A stretch of DNA of 64,000 bases from Camelus dromedarius (Eukaryota): contig NC_087437.1 in NCBI RefSeq assembly GCF_036321535.1, positions 114,268,001-114,332,000 on the forward strand, read 5' to 3'. Below are positions 53,079-64,000 of this stretch, piece after piece. The notes beneath the pieces were generated by a model. It had not been told where the DNA came from. It was given only the letters and a program-made list of their open reading frames with translations, and did no database searches. Numbering within the stretch: position 1 is the first letter of the stretch; every line of letters begins with the position of its first letter. Both the position numbers and the translations under genes were made by a program.

Positions 53079-53513
53079 ATATTAGTTAGGGCAGAGGGAC
53101 AGCTGCTGTGACAAGGAAACCCAAGACTGTTTCACGTAACAGTCCAACCATACAGTCCAGGGCTCCCGTGGGGGCATCGAGGGCTCAGGAACCCAGGATT
53201 CTTCTGCTTTGTTGCCCTGTCGTTCATAGAGTCTTTCTCTCATCTGCATGGTCTCCGATGGATCATTACTGCATCCTTATTGCAACAAAGTGAGAAGGAA
53301 AGGCAGAGGGTGCTTCCCCTTAAAGGCACAAGCCAGAAGTTACATTTACAGCATCTGTTTCTATTCCAGGACGTATCCATGTCACTTCCCTCAATGACCA
53401 AGGAGACTGAGAAGTGTGTGGGGCTGGGAAGAAGCCCAGGTACCCTGCTGAAAAGTCTACAACAACTGAGAAGAGAGGAAATAGGTAATGTCGGCAACTT
53501 ACAGTTTTATCAC
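53079..53513 (-). mobile_element. MaLR LTR (MLT1J-like)
   Basis: tattagttagg...gctgctgtgaca...tcaggaacccagg...ccagaagttaca...aaggagactgagaagtgt. Confidence 0.7.
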
Positions 53514-56426
53514 CTGAGAGACACAGGAAGGAGAGCGAAGGGAAAAAACTAGGAGAGGATAGAGAGAAATGAAAAAATATAAAATCAATTGTCATTTCTT
53601 CAAAACATCCTCCACCCCCTCACCCTCCGTGTACTGACAGCCTGGTGTTCCTGATTTTCCAAGTTCCTTTAATCAAGATGCTTGAATTCACTTTCACTCA
53701 TACCCCTCTAGCCTTGGCCTTGGACATTAACTTTGATTGGAAAATAACACACTGTCAATTTTTCTAATATCTTTGGCATAACAGGCTGCAGGCACAAGCT
53801 GCTCATCCATGTCCTCTGCTTTATGTTAAAAGTCACAGGCTTCAGGATGAATTTTAAACAGCACCGTTTCCTCATTTGTGGTTAAAGATGGCACCGTTTG
53901 ATCAGTCCAACCACGGTGCTCTTTCTCTATGAATAGCGCCCCTGGAATTGGGCAGTGCTGTGACCCTGTGCTTGATGAACTGAATTTCTAAGTGAATAAT
54001 CATCTCAGCTTTCACATGGAAACTGCACTTTGGTTTATCATCTGGCTGCTGAAGAAACTCTAAAACATGAAGGGACAGGCAGCTCTGGTGTAATTCCTAC
54101 ACTCAGGCTATCTTTCCTGCAGAGTGAGAACTGCTGTGGCCTCGTGCCCAGAATGCTGACCCTCCAGCCTTTCATGAGCCTAAAATGAACCATGTGATAT
54201 CCATCCCACAGATCAGACATCAGGTCAGATCTTACTGCTCTTGGATAATGGCCATTATGTGATTTATGAAGCAAAGACTAGGTACAAAACAATCCTCAGA
54301 GCATGTTACAGAGTTAGAGGGTATTTCTAAGCATGAAAATATGCAACGTTTCAGGGGTAATGTCATAAAAAGAGGCATCAGACCAATAGATCACTGTCTC
54401 CATTCAGCTGTAATCTCTAAAAATAACTTCAGCTCTCATTTCTGAGAACCAGAGAGAAACTTTAGAAGTTACATTCACATTCTGAGGAGGCCATATGTAA
54501 CCTAACTTTTGCAAAACTGAACTTGAATATCATCTAGTCAGAATTACATCCCCTAAGGACATTTCAGTATAGATTCAGATTCACAAAGCAAAGTAAAAGG
54601 TTTTATTCCAAAGCACAGGCTTAAACACATGGCAACACTCATCATTCTCAAAATTCCCAGTTGCTTCACTTGCTCCCAAGCGTAAGTGGCTTCTATAAGA
54701 AAATTACATGCGGTCAGAAAATTACAGGAGGCCTGGTTCTTAGGGAGTAATGATCCATTCATTTGATAATTTGCTAAATGCTGACTCTTTCTACTCATCA
54801 TTTTTTCCTTCTTGGTTAGCACATCATGCAAATTGTGACAAGAGATAAAGAAATGGAAACACTCTTAGAAAAACAGGCAAAAATAAGGACCAAAAAAATA
54901 AATACAAATTGTCTTTAAAAATAAACTTGATATTTTTTAAATGCCTTTTATGAAAAAAACACCAGTGGAAAAATTTTAAGTGTACTGTTGTAGCCCACAG
55001 ACACTGATTTTCAAATGGTGACACCACATGCCCCCATCACATCACTGGCGTTGACACCCCTGGACATGAATGCTGGGGATACCCGAGGACAATTCCAAAT
55101 AGGCATCTGGCTGTGGGCAAAACCACCCTGTCTCCAGAGACTTCTGAAGGATTCCAACTCTGGTCTTTTAAGCGTGTGTATATAAGAAACACCAATCTAT
55201 AGGCTACTGTATTATAGGTGAATCCCTGCATTTAACTGTCTTGAGGCTGATATTCTCCTTAGCTGGCTTTTCTTGCCAGTTGTTACCTTCTTCTTGGCCA
55301 CTGTTTAGTGTTCACCAGAACCTGAGGCAGTAGCAGTGGAAACCAAGGTGCAGCCCCACATTACTCTTGTTGCTATGGCTGCTAATACATTGGTGATGAG
55401 AAGGCTGGAACTCAAAGCCAAGAAGACTTTCCACTACAACATGCAAGACAAGCATAGGGACCTCCTAGTGTGCCTGCAGACGGTGGCCAGTTCTAATAGG
55501 TCCACGGAGCATCCATGCCAGGTGACCTAGAGTTGTGACAATCAGGCAGATTTTTACCGTGCTTAATATATTATAACAGCCAGGATTTAAATAAGTCAGC
55601 TCTTTTTGGTGTGACTTAATACAGCTTATTTAAAAGAAAAAATAGAAAATCTATCTGAACAGTTTCCAGCTGTCAGCTCTAATTTCCCCCAGCGGCCCAC
55701 GACGAGGAACGCACAGCACTATTGAACAGATTTGACTATAACAGAAAAAGGCTGATTGGACTTTGTGCTCATTCCTCTCTTTCCTCACTCTTTCTTGACA
55801 TTCCTAAGAAACGGATCCAATTTGCAGGCCAAGAAGGATGGGAAAAAAAGACATTTACACTGGATGGCTTCTAAAAATATTCCATACAGATTTCAACATT
55901 TTAGGAAAATAACTGTATGATATTCCAATATTAACAGAAGAAAAGGAACATTTCTTCAAAGATGCCTATCTGCTCATTCCCTATGTATTTCCTGTCTTAG
56001 ATGAAAATTTTCCATTCTTTTCATGAAACCAATTGGTTATAGAGCTGGATAGTCAGCAGACATCGCGTTTCAATTTCTCTATTTCTCTTTCGACTTTTTA
56101 GGGAAGAAGAAAGTAAAGAGAAATACTCGATCTCTAGGCTCTAAGATCAAAAAAGCAAGCCCACCATCTATTCAGTGCTGAGTACCTAGCTCAATAAATG
56201 GCATATAAGAATTGCTTAATGCATTTTTTGCTGTATGTCAAATGACTTCTTCCCATGAGTAATTCACAGGTTTTCTGCCACTCCCCAGTACTCAAGGCTC
56301 TAACAAAGATCTTTTTAAAGGTACCATGATTTTTCTTCAAGGGTTTTGCAATACAACTTTTCTTCTTCTAACTAATAGTACTCTCATACATATCCAAAAG
56401 TCAGCTTTCTCCTGCACCCAAAGGTC

Positions 56427-56656
56427 CAGCTTAATCATGGAACACAAGGTCTTTGAAGTCAGACAGACATGCTCAGCCTCATGGTTCTGCCACTTGCCTA
56501 GTGTGGTTCAGCAAGTGGCTTCATTTTTCTGAGCCTCAATTTCCCCACCTGTAAAGCATGATGATTATTTCACAAGGTTATCTATAGATTAAATGAAATA
56601 ATATATATAAAGCAGCCAAGTGCCTGACACTCGATAGTCTATTTATGATGGCTTCT
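56427..56656 (+). mobile_element. MIR SINE
   Basis: ctttgaagtcagacagac...ctctgccactt-like ttctgccactt...tctgagcctcaatttccccacctgtaaa...gattaaatgaaataat. Confidence 0.82.
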
Positions 56657-59289
56657 TTAGCAATAGTATCATTACCATTACTACTATCTACATGAAACTT
56701 CAGAATAATCCTACAGCATGCCTTAGGGGTCAAATACTGTTGCATATCTAACTGAGACGTTTTCTTGTTCATAAACTATATAAGCTGGGGTTTTGTACTA
56801 TATAATATCAGAGGGAAGTTGCCTTAGTTTTTGTAGTGTCCAGGGATAGATAAATACTAAAATGTGCTGTTTCTTGGATGTAAATTTCTCTATAGCTTTC
56901 TTAAGTAGCTTATACAATGCTTTAATATTATATATAATATACATGCTTTAATATTTTATATATTTTTATATATATATATATTCATCTATCTCAAACTAGC
57001 TATAATTTTCCCAAAGTCAAATAGCCTATCAGTGACCACAAAACACAATGGAGAAAGTAGCATACATCCATACAAATTGTCACTGCAATAAATGTAGTCT
57101 TGACTATTACCCTAGAGAAGTGGAGAGACAAGATCAGATGCTCTTCTAGAAGTTTCTAGGCCCCACATATCTACTTTTCACTTGGTGGCATGGTTAAAGG
57201 GATACACACAATTTTAAGAGGCTCAGCCAAGACTCCTTTACCTCAGGCACCACGGGTAGCTGAAAAGAAAATGAGTTGTTCTCCTCGAAGAACTTGGGAA
57301 GAGACTCATCCAGCAAACTCAGAGTTGGAACCATATACCTGAACAGGACGTAAGAAATGCATTACCCCAGGTAGGAGCAGTGCATTAAAAACTTGAAAAG
57401 ACAGTAGAGTGCTTTAGGCCATTTCCCCCAATTAAATAACTGAACTACAATGGTTTGAGCTAATCTAAAATCAGTAAAAATGCGCACGTGCATCCAGGTT
57501 TTGGAAATCAGAGGAGAGAGGGCATGCCATCTGGTTTCCTCCCTCCCTCTACTCCCACGCCCCACTAACAGGAAAATGAGCCCGGTCAGCTCATCCGCTC
57601 TGGGGCTTCCAGACAGCACCTGGCTCTGAATGGTCCTCAAATTTATGCTTGATGCCTCTCCTTCTAACTCCGGTTCCATTAATGAGTATTTCCTGTTAGA
57701 GATTTCATAAGGACCTTATATAATCATAAGCAAATCCTAAATTCACTCACATTGTTTTAAATGTAGGCTAAATCTTAATCATTTGTAACTTGCAAGCCAG
57801 TTTGTAATTTGTGTTCTGATTAAATCATTGGTCAGCTGCATTAACTGAGCCCTTCTTGCTAAATTTTATGGTGTCGAAGCCCCTCCACATATCTACAAAG
57901 GTACTCATCCCTTTGTCTTACATTCATCTTTCCCAAATCACCTTCTTACTAGCAGGAACACCATAACTTCCCTGCTTTTGCAAGTTTGCAATTTGGGGCC
58001 TCATCTTCAGCTCTTCCTCATCCTTGGGGGTGGCGGGTGGAGGTAGGGGTGGGGGAAAGCAATCTATGTCCTCTGCAGTCTCCAAGCTCAAAGAGGCAGG
58101 GCCAGGGAGCATCCAGTGTGACCGCGTCTGAGCTTTCCCTACAGATGGCCCTCAGGATGGATCAGAGGTGAGAGAGGGCAAAGATGGAAGCCACTGGCCA
58201 GCCCTCTAACCCCACACACACCTGCATCCCACGCTTTAAGGCATAAGGATTGATTCGTTCCAACTTTCAGCTCAGAAACAATCATTGAGCAGCTAGCTAT
58301 ACAGGCCAAGCATTGCTTTGCTGTAGATGATAAAGAGGAAATGGTACCAAAACCTGCCCTCAGGGAGCTTGCATTCTACAGGGGTCTGCTTCTTGGTAGT
58401 GAGAAAAAGGAATCCGCATAACAGACCTTACAGTTGGTGTAGGGTGTATTTTTCAGTCTTTCTAGAAGTTCTTAGTTGTCCCCAGTCTAATTTCTAAGCC
58501 AGATTGCATTCCTTCGGTGCAAAACGGCATGGCCAGTCTGACCACCAAATACCAAGAGGCTTTCTTAACTATTCAAGCACGCTGTTGGCCAAAGCAAGCA
58601 GGCTGCTCCGAAATGACATGGCAAAACACGTCCAGCAATTTTAATCAATTCTTTCAGCCAATTTTAAAGGTATTTATCACGAAACAGCACAGTCTTGCTA
58701 AAATATTTCTTCAGACACAAAGAGGGCTTTGTTTCTGAAACTCCGAGAAATAAAAGGAGCACCCCAGACACTGCGCCTGTTTTGTAAGTTAAAGTGAAAA
58801 AATACAACACTGAAACACATAGTTGATATCTCTTCAGAAGAGAAATTCATCAGCAAGGTAATAATTCCCAGTAGCTACACAAAGAAACCACAGTCTTCAG
58901 AAAAACCACGTAACAGACAATGGAATACTGGGAGCAGCCCACATAATTACTCATGATAGATAACTGTATTAAAAATTAAATATAAATTATTGTGGGCATT
59001 ATAGTTTTGGCACAAGATGAAAAAAGTGCTTTATGTTACTTAAAAGTTGCACCAACTGCCTTAAATTTGGCTCCACTGAAAGTAAGCCTATGCTGAGTAA
59101 ATATAAAGCATTTATTGTTTGAAGCATTGTTTTCAATACGATTGTAAATTTAAAAAGCTCTCTTAAAATTTCTAAAAGTTTCTAGATGGCATTGATCTTT
59201 TTAGAAAGTACTAAAAATGGACACAAAGAGGTGAATTTTAAACAGGGCCTTAAGGAAGATTATTTTAGTATATGAAAATCTCTCACTGA

Positions 59290-59411
59290 AACTCAATAAA
59301 ACACAAAAATCAATTCCAGATGATTTTTAAAATCTAAATATAAGAGGGGAAAAAAATTTTAAAAAACATAAGAAAACATCTTCATGACCTTGGAGGAGGC
59401 AAAGATTCTTT

Positions 59412-59456
<45 letters not shown>

Positions 59457-60660
59457 CTAACCTTAAAAGAAAAAGAAAGATAAATTAGATTATATTAAAA
59501 TTGGAATTTCTATTCATCACTATTAAGAGAGTGAAAAGGCAACCACAGAGTGGGAAAAGATGCTGGCAGTAAAAACTCCAACAAATAACTGATACCCAGA
59601 AAAAAGAATTCCTACAACTCAGGAAGAAGAAGAAAGACAGCCCAATAGAAACATAAGCAGAAGACTTTAACGCAGGCTTCACATAGAAAGATACCCAAAT
59701 GGCCAATAAACTTACGGAAAGGAGTTGCTAGGGAAAGGTAAATTAAAACCACAAGGAGGTAATCGTACCTTTCCATCCATATGGAAATTTAAAAGAAGGA
59801 GGTTAATACCAAGTGGCGCAGCTAGTACACTCATATGCCGCTGGCGGGAGGGTAAAATGGTACAGATCCTTTGTAAAACTGCTTGGCAGTATCTGCTAAG
59901 AAGAGGTTCTCAAAGTGTGGTCTCCAGGCCAGCAGCAGCGGCATCACCTGGAACTTTCCAGAAGTTGAGATTCTCGGGGCCCCACCCCAGACCTACTGAA
60001 TCAGAAACTCCAGGTGTGTGCCAGAGATCTGTGGGTCCCAGAGATGTGTGGAATCACTTGGATTAGCCCTCCAGGTGATGCTGGTTCATGTGAAATCTCG
60101 AGAACCACTGTGCTAAAGCTTAAGCACACGCATACTCTGTAACCCAGAAATTGTCCTCTTAGATACGAGAGACAGGAACGTGTACAAACACTCCTCAAAA
60201 AAACATGTACAAGAATGCTCAGAGTAGCACCACTTATTATACTGAAAAAATGAAACCAGCTAAACGCCCATCCATCACAGAACAATGGATAAATAATCTG
60301 TGATTTGGTCACTTAATAGAAATCCACACAGCAACGGGGATGAGCAGGCAACAGTTCCATGCAACAATGTAGATGAGCAAAAGAAACCAACACAAAGCAA
60401 TACATCCTGTATGATTCCATTTATATAAAGTATAAAAATAGCCATTGTTAAGTCAGGATAATGGTTATGCTTGGGAGAGGCCAGGGGAAAATGGACAGGG
60501 CCTGGAGGATTGTTTCTGGATATGATTAAGGTTCTATTTCTTGATCTAGGATTGGTCACACTGGTGGTCAGTTTATGAAAGTTCATTCAGCTTATAATAT
60601 TCATTGCAGACTTGTAATATGGGTACATTCCTGTGACTCTACTTCAATAAAAAGGATTTT
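59290..60660 (+). mobile_element. Old L1 (L1MD/ME-like) ORF2 end and 3'UTR, containing a (CA)n at about 59417-59455
   Basis: aagagagtgaaaaggcaaccacagagtgggaaaag...aaatggccaataaac...tgtatgattccatttatataaagt...acttcaataaaaa. Confidence 0.85.
59901..60110 (+). mobile_element. MER5A-like element nested in the L1
   Basis: ggttctcaaagtgtggtc...ccccaccccagacctactgaatcagaaact...gagaaccactg. Flanks tgctaag/tgctaaag resemble a hAT-type TSD. Confidence 0.88.
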
Positions 60661-61404
60661 TTAAACTTGAGTGAAATAATTATTTTCAAGTTGCATAGGT
60701 GAGAATTACTTCAGATGGAATATTTGCATTGGAAAAAGTAAGTTTAGGACATTAAAGAATAATGAAGAACATCAAAAACAGTATACCACTCTGGGGAGTT
60801 GTTAACATGGCAGCAGGAACGGGGTGGGGAGGAAGCTTGCAAGATCGTACACCAATGAAAGCTTCCCTGGGTGGCTGCATCTAGGTACTAAAAATGGTCC
60901 CTGGGGTCTGGTTGGGCAGTAGAAACCCGCCAGTGGGTATAGCTCATTGGTAAATCTAAGCTTTAATAATTCAAATGGAAGCACTATATTTCTATAATCC
61001 CTTAACTCCATAGGAATTTTCAATGGTCATAATTGCACTACCCTACTCATCAGTCAAGTTAAGCAGCTGTCAGAGGAGCAAAGTGTAAATGGTCAGACAT
61101 GTTACCTGGTTGATATTTGCTTCTGATTGAAGTTTGTTAATTTTTTGCCAGAAGAGTCAGTAGATTTAAAAAAGACAAGGAATGTTATCTCATCTCTGTC
61201 ACCAGCAAAGCCTTCATTCCACCTTGAACTCTCTTTTGAGTAGCTTCTGGAACTGGTTTAGACATGTGTTCTATCGGTGTTTACCAACAAGGATGTTGAC
61301 CTTGGCCAGTTATGTCATTTGGGTAACTCAATATGAGCCACACACATATACTTTTTTCCTTTTTTTAAAAAAAAAAAAAATGTTCTCTATTTTAGTTTCT
61401 ACTT

Positions 61405-61870
61405 CTAAAAAAGGAAATTTGCTTGCATGATTAGAAACTCAAAAATTATAAATGGTTATATGGAAAAACGTCTCCCTTCTAAGCCCAGTCATTTCATTCC
61501 CCTCTTTGGAGGCAACCAGTGTTACCAGTTTCCTATGTAACTGCCAGAGACTGAATACTTATTGGAAAAAATCAATAGTTATATGTATTCCATCTTATCC
61601 TTCCCTCCTGTCCATACCAATGAAAGCGTATCACACCATAGTACACTTAACATTTAAATCTTCCAACAGTTAAAAGGGGGCATCTCCTTCTTTTTTATGA
61701 CTGCAGTCATCTACTGTACAACTGAATGAACGTGACACAATTTAACCACTCCCACACTAACACACGTTTATGTCTATGAATATTTGCTCATTGCAAAAAG
61801 TGCTGTAATGGCTGTTGCTCCACATATATGTTTGTAAACACGTGTATGTGTGCCTGAGGATAAATTCGTT
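61405..61870 (-). mobile_element. Old L1 (L1ME-like) 3' fragment
   Basis: ggaggcaaccagtgttaccagtttcct...ttcttttttatgactgcag...aatttaaccactccc. Confidence 0.7.
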
Positions 61871-62235
61871 CTTATTTTTCAAATTTGTTGTTAAATTCTT
61901 CAGTTAAAAAAAAATTCCGGAAAAATTGCAATAATGTCACACTGAACTCCTAATAATATTTTGATATAAATTTCTTCAGCATTGCAACCTGCTGACTATT
62001 TTATGTGAAGAGATACATCTTTCCACTGAATCCTAAGAAAGTAAGAGGACCTGAGTATTTGAAATTGGTTTTTTTTTTTAAGTAAAATAAAATAAAATAA
62101 AATAAAATAAAATAAAATGGCAGCCCATAGGAGGGCAAGAAGTGCAGAAGAGGGATATGTTAAGAGCCCCAGGGACAGCCAACCTCACATGGTTGTCCCT
62201 GTATGTACATGGTCTTTCAAACCTACACAATAGGA

Positions 62236-62457
62236 CAGGGGTAGCAAGCTTTTCCTCCAAAGGGCTAGATGGAAAATATTTTACAGTCCTTGCAGGCTCA
62301 GCCACAGTCATTCAGCTCCACTGCTGCAGCATGGAAGTTGTCACATGTAACAGATAAATAGATGAGTGTGCCTGGACCTACGGTTATTCATAAAACTATT
62401 TACAAAAGCAGGCAGAGGGCTAGGTTTGGCCCGCTGGCCATAGTTTGCCAACCTCAG
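62236..62457 (-). mobile_element. MER58A-like element
   Basis: caggggtagcaagctttt...aaactatttacaaaagcaggc...ttggcccgctggccatagtttgccaacc. Confidence 0.82.
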
Positions 62458-63227
62458 CTCTTAAAGGTAATACGAAAATTATTCTTTTCAAAGGAGATCA
62501 GCATCTAGACTGACTCCAAATGTAGAAAATCACAGTCAGCTATCCAAAATCAATCACAAGCACTAGTTGTTGGCCTCTGACCTCAGGTAATTAGACTGTC
62601 ATTCTCCAAGTTAAATTGAGTTTCATTGTCCTTAGAGCGTTTCACGTTCGCACTACTATCAAGGGTCGCTGCAAGGAGCTGCCATTGGCACTGTCCCTAA
62701 CTGGCCTTGAATGTGCCCGCACAGGGGAGCAGGACTAATGGGTCCGCTGGAAGGCAGGTGCCCACAGAGCCTACAGGCTTGGGGGTGTGTGTGTGTAAAT
62801 ATGAAAATACATTGTATCACTCCGGAGAGAAAATATTATTTTGACATTTGGACCTTCACACAAGAGAAAATACAGCTGAGATCGCCCAAGCAAAATGGTC
62901 CCTATGATTTAAGATACAAAGATGTCTCCCAACCAGTTTTACAAATGAAATCTTTGTGGTTGATTTCTTTTAAGCCATGTAATTTTCCCTCTTGAATCAG
63001 ATGTTTTATTTCATTGGGTTATTATTTCCCTGGAGGTAAGGGACTCTGGCAGAACATCTTTACTAACTAACAGTAATCTACTCTTTCAGTGCCCTAGAAG
63101 TGTATAACAATAATAATTAAGTGCTTAGCTGGGCGGTGAGCGCGTCTCCTGTTCCTCCTCGTCACTGTCTTTTGAGCAACTTCATTCCCACCCATGTTCT
63201 TAAACTTCCCTGCTTTTCCGTCCAAGC

Positions 63228-63497
63228 TTTTTTTCTTTTTTTTTGATTGAAGTATAGTTGATTTACAATATTGTGTTAATTTATGATGTACAGCATAGTG
63301 ATTCATTTATAAATATATATGTGTGTATGTATATATTATGTATATTATATATATATATTCCTTTTCCTAATCTTTTTCATTATAGGCCATTACAAGGTAT
63401 TGAAAATAGTTCCCTGTGCTATCCAGTAGGAGTTTGTCATTTATCTATTCTATATATAGTAGTGTGTATCTGCAAATCCCAAACTCCCAATTTATCC
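63228..63497 (-). mobile_element. Young 5'-truncated L1 3' end
   Basis: Poly-T, then attgaagtatagttgatttacaat...atagttccctgtgctat...aaactcccaatttatcc. Confidence 0.9.
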
Positions 63498-63862
63498 ATG
63501 CATGTTTTATGTTTTTCTCCCTTTTCCTCTTATTTCAAACCAATGAAAAATAAACAACTTTTTTAAAGTTGAGGGTAGCAAGACTTATTTGTTGAAAGGT
63601 CATTTACAAAAATGTCTTTCACACAGCCTTTTGAGACAAATCTTTGAGAGCAAGAACATATGTCCAGTATATCACAGATCAGAGCCGCTCTAACTGTGCA
63701 ATAACCTAGAATATCAATTAACTATAACTATACCGCTAATGTTTTTTTCATGATTGAATCTCAGAAAGTTTCTTTAATTGATATCTGCTATTGGTTTGAC
63801 ATCAAAGTCAATTAAAAGCAGCATAGTATGACCATTATGCAATCACAGAGGAATAAGAAAAC

Positions 63863-63866
<4 letters not shown>

Positions 63867-63896
<30 letters not shown>
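63867..63896. repeat. (GT)n microsatellite
   Basis: Read directly. Confidence 0.95.
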
Positions 63897-63898
<2 letters not shown>

Positions 63899-64000
63899 CT
63901 GACACAGAAGATGCACATTTGATCATTATGATAATAAATATATTTGTTGAGAGGCTGACAAATAACCAATGGCTTATTGATAATATCCTCTAATTCCCCT

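Noticed and set aside
53934..53960. CTCF-like motif (CCAGGGGCGCTA on the minus strand)
   Set aside because: One G short of the core spacing, and the 5' half mismatches. Similar weak matches near 3300, 20190 and 24335 are at chance level.

Overview
Mammalian (eutherian) non-coding DNA, most likely camelid, judging by four tRNA-Ala-like SINEs of the Vic-1 type and young cetartiodactyl-type L1 3' ends. I found no credible protein-coding exon; the ORF-track entries fall mostly in repeats or microsatellites, or look like chance frames. The one recognisable gene is the microRNA MIR802 (+ strand, hairpin about 14539-14632). From recalled human synteny, this suggests the gene-poor interval between RUNX1 and SETD4. 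Around the hairpin are a candidate 311-nt host exon and several repeat-free blocks with clustered HNF1, HNF4, CDX, GATA and TCF-type motifs, consistent with the known liver and gut expression of miR-802. The rest is a layered record of transposons: L2, MIR, old L1M, MaLR and ERVL LTRs, an ERV-L pol relic, MER5 and MER58 hAT elements, and young L1s and SINEs with target-site duplications (TSDs). It also holds microsatellites, including a purine tract of about 490 bp. Repeat family names come from recalled consensus sequences, not from a RepeatMasker run. Subfamily labels are approximate, as are boundaries not fixed by a TSD. I see no evidence for a wholly new system; the best leads concern the regulation and host transcript of miR-802.
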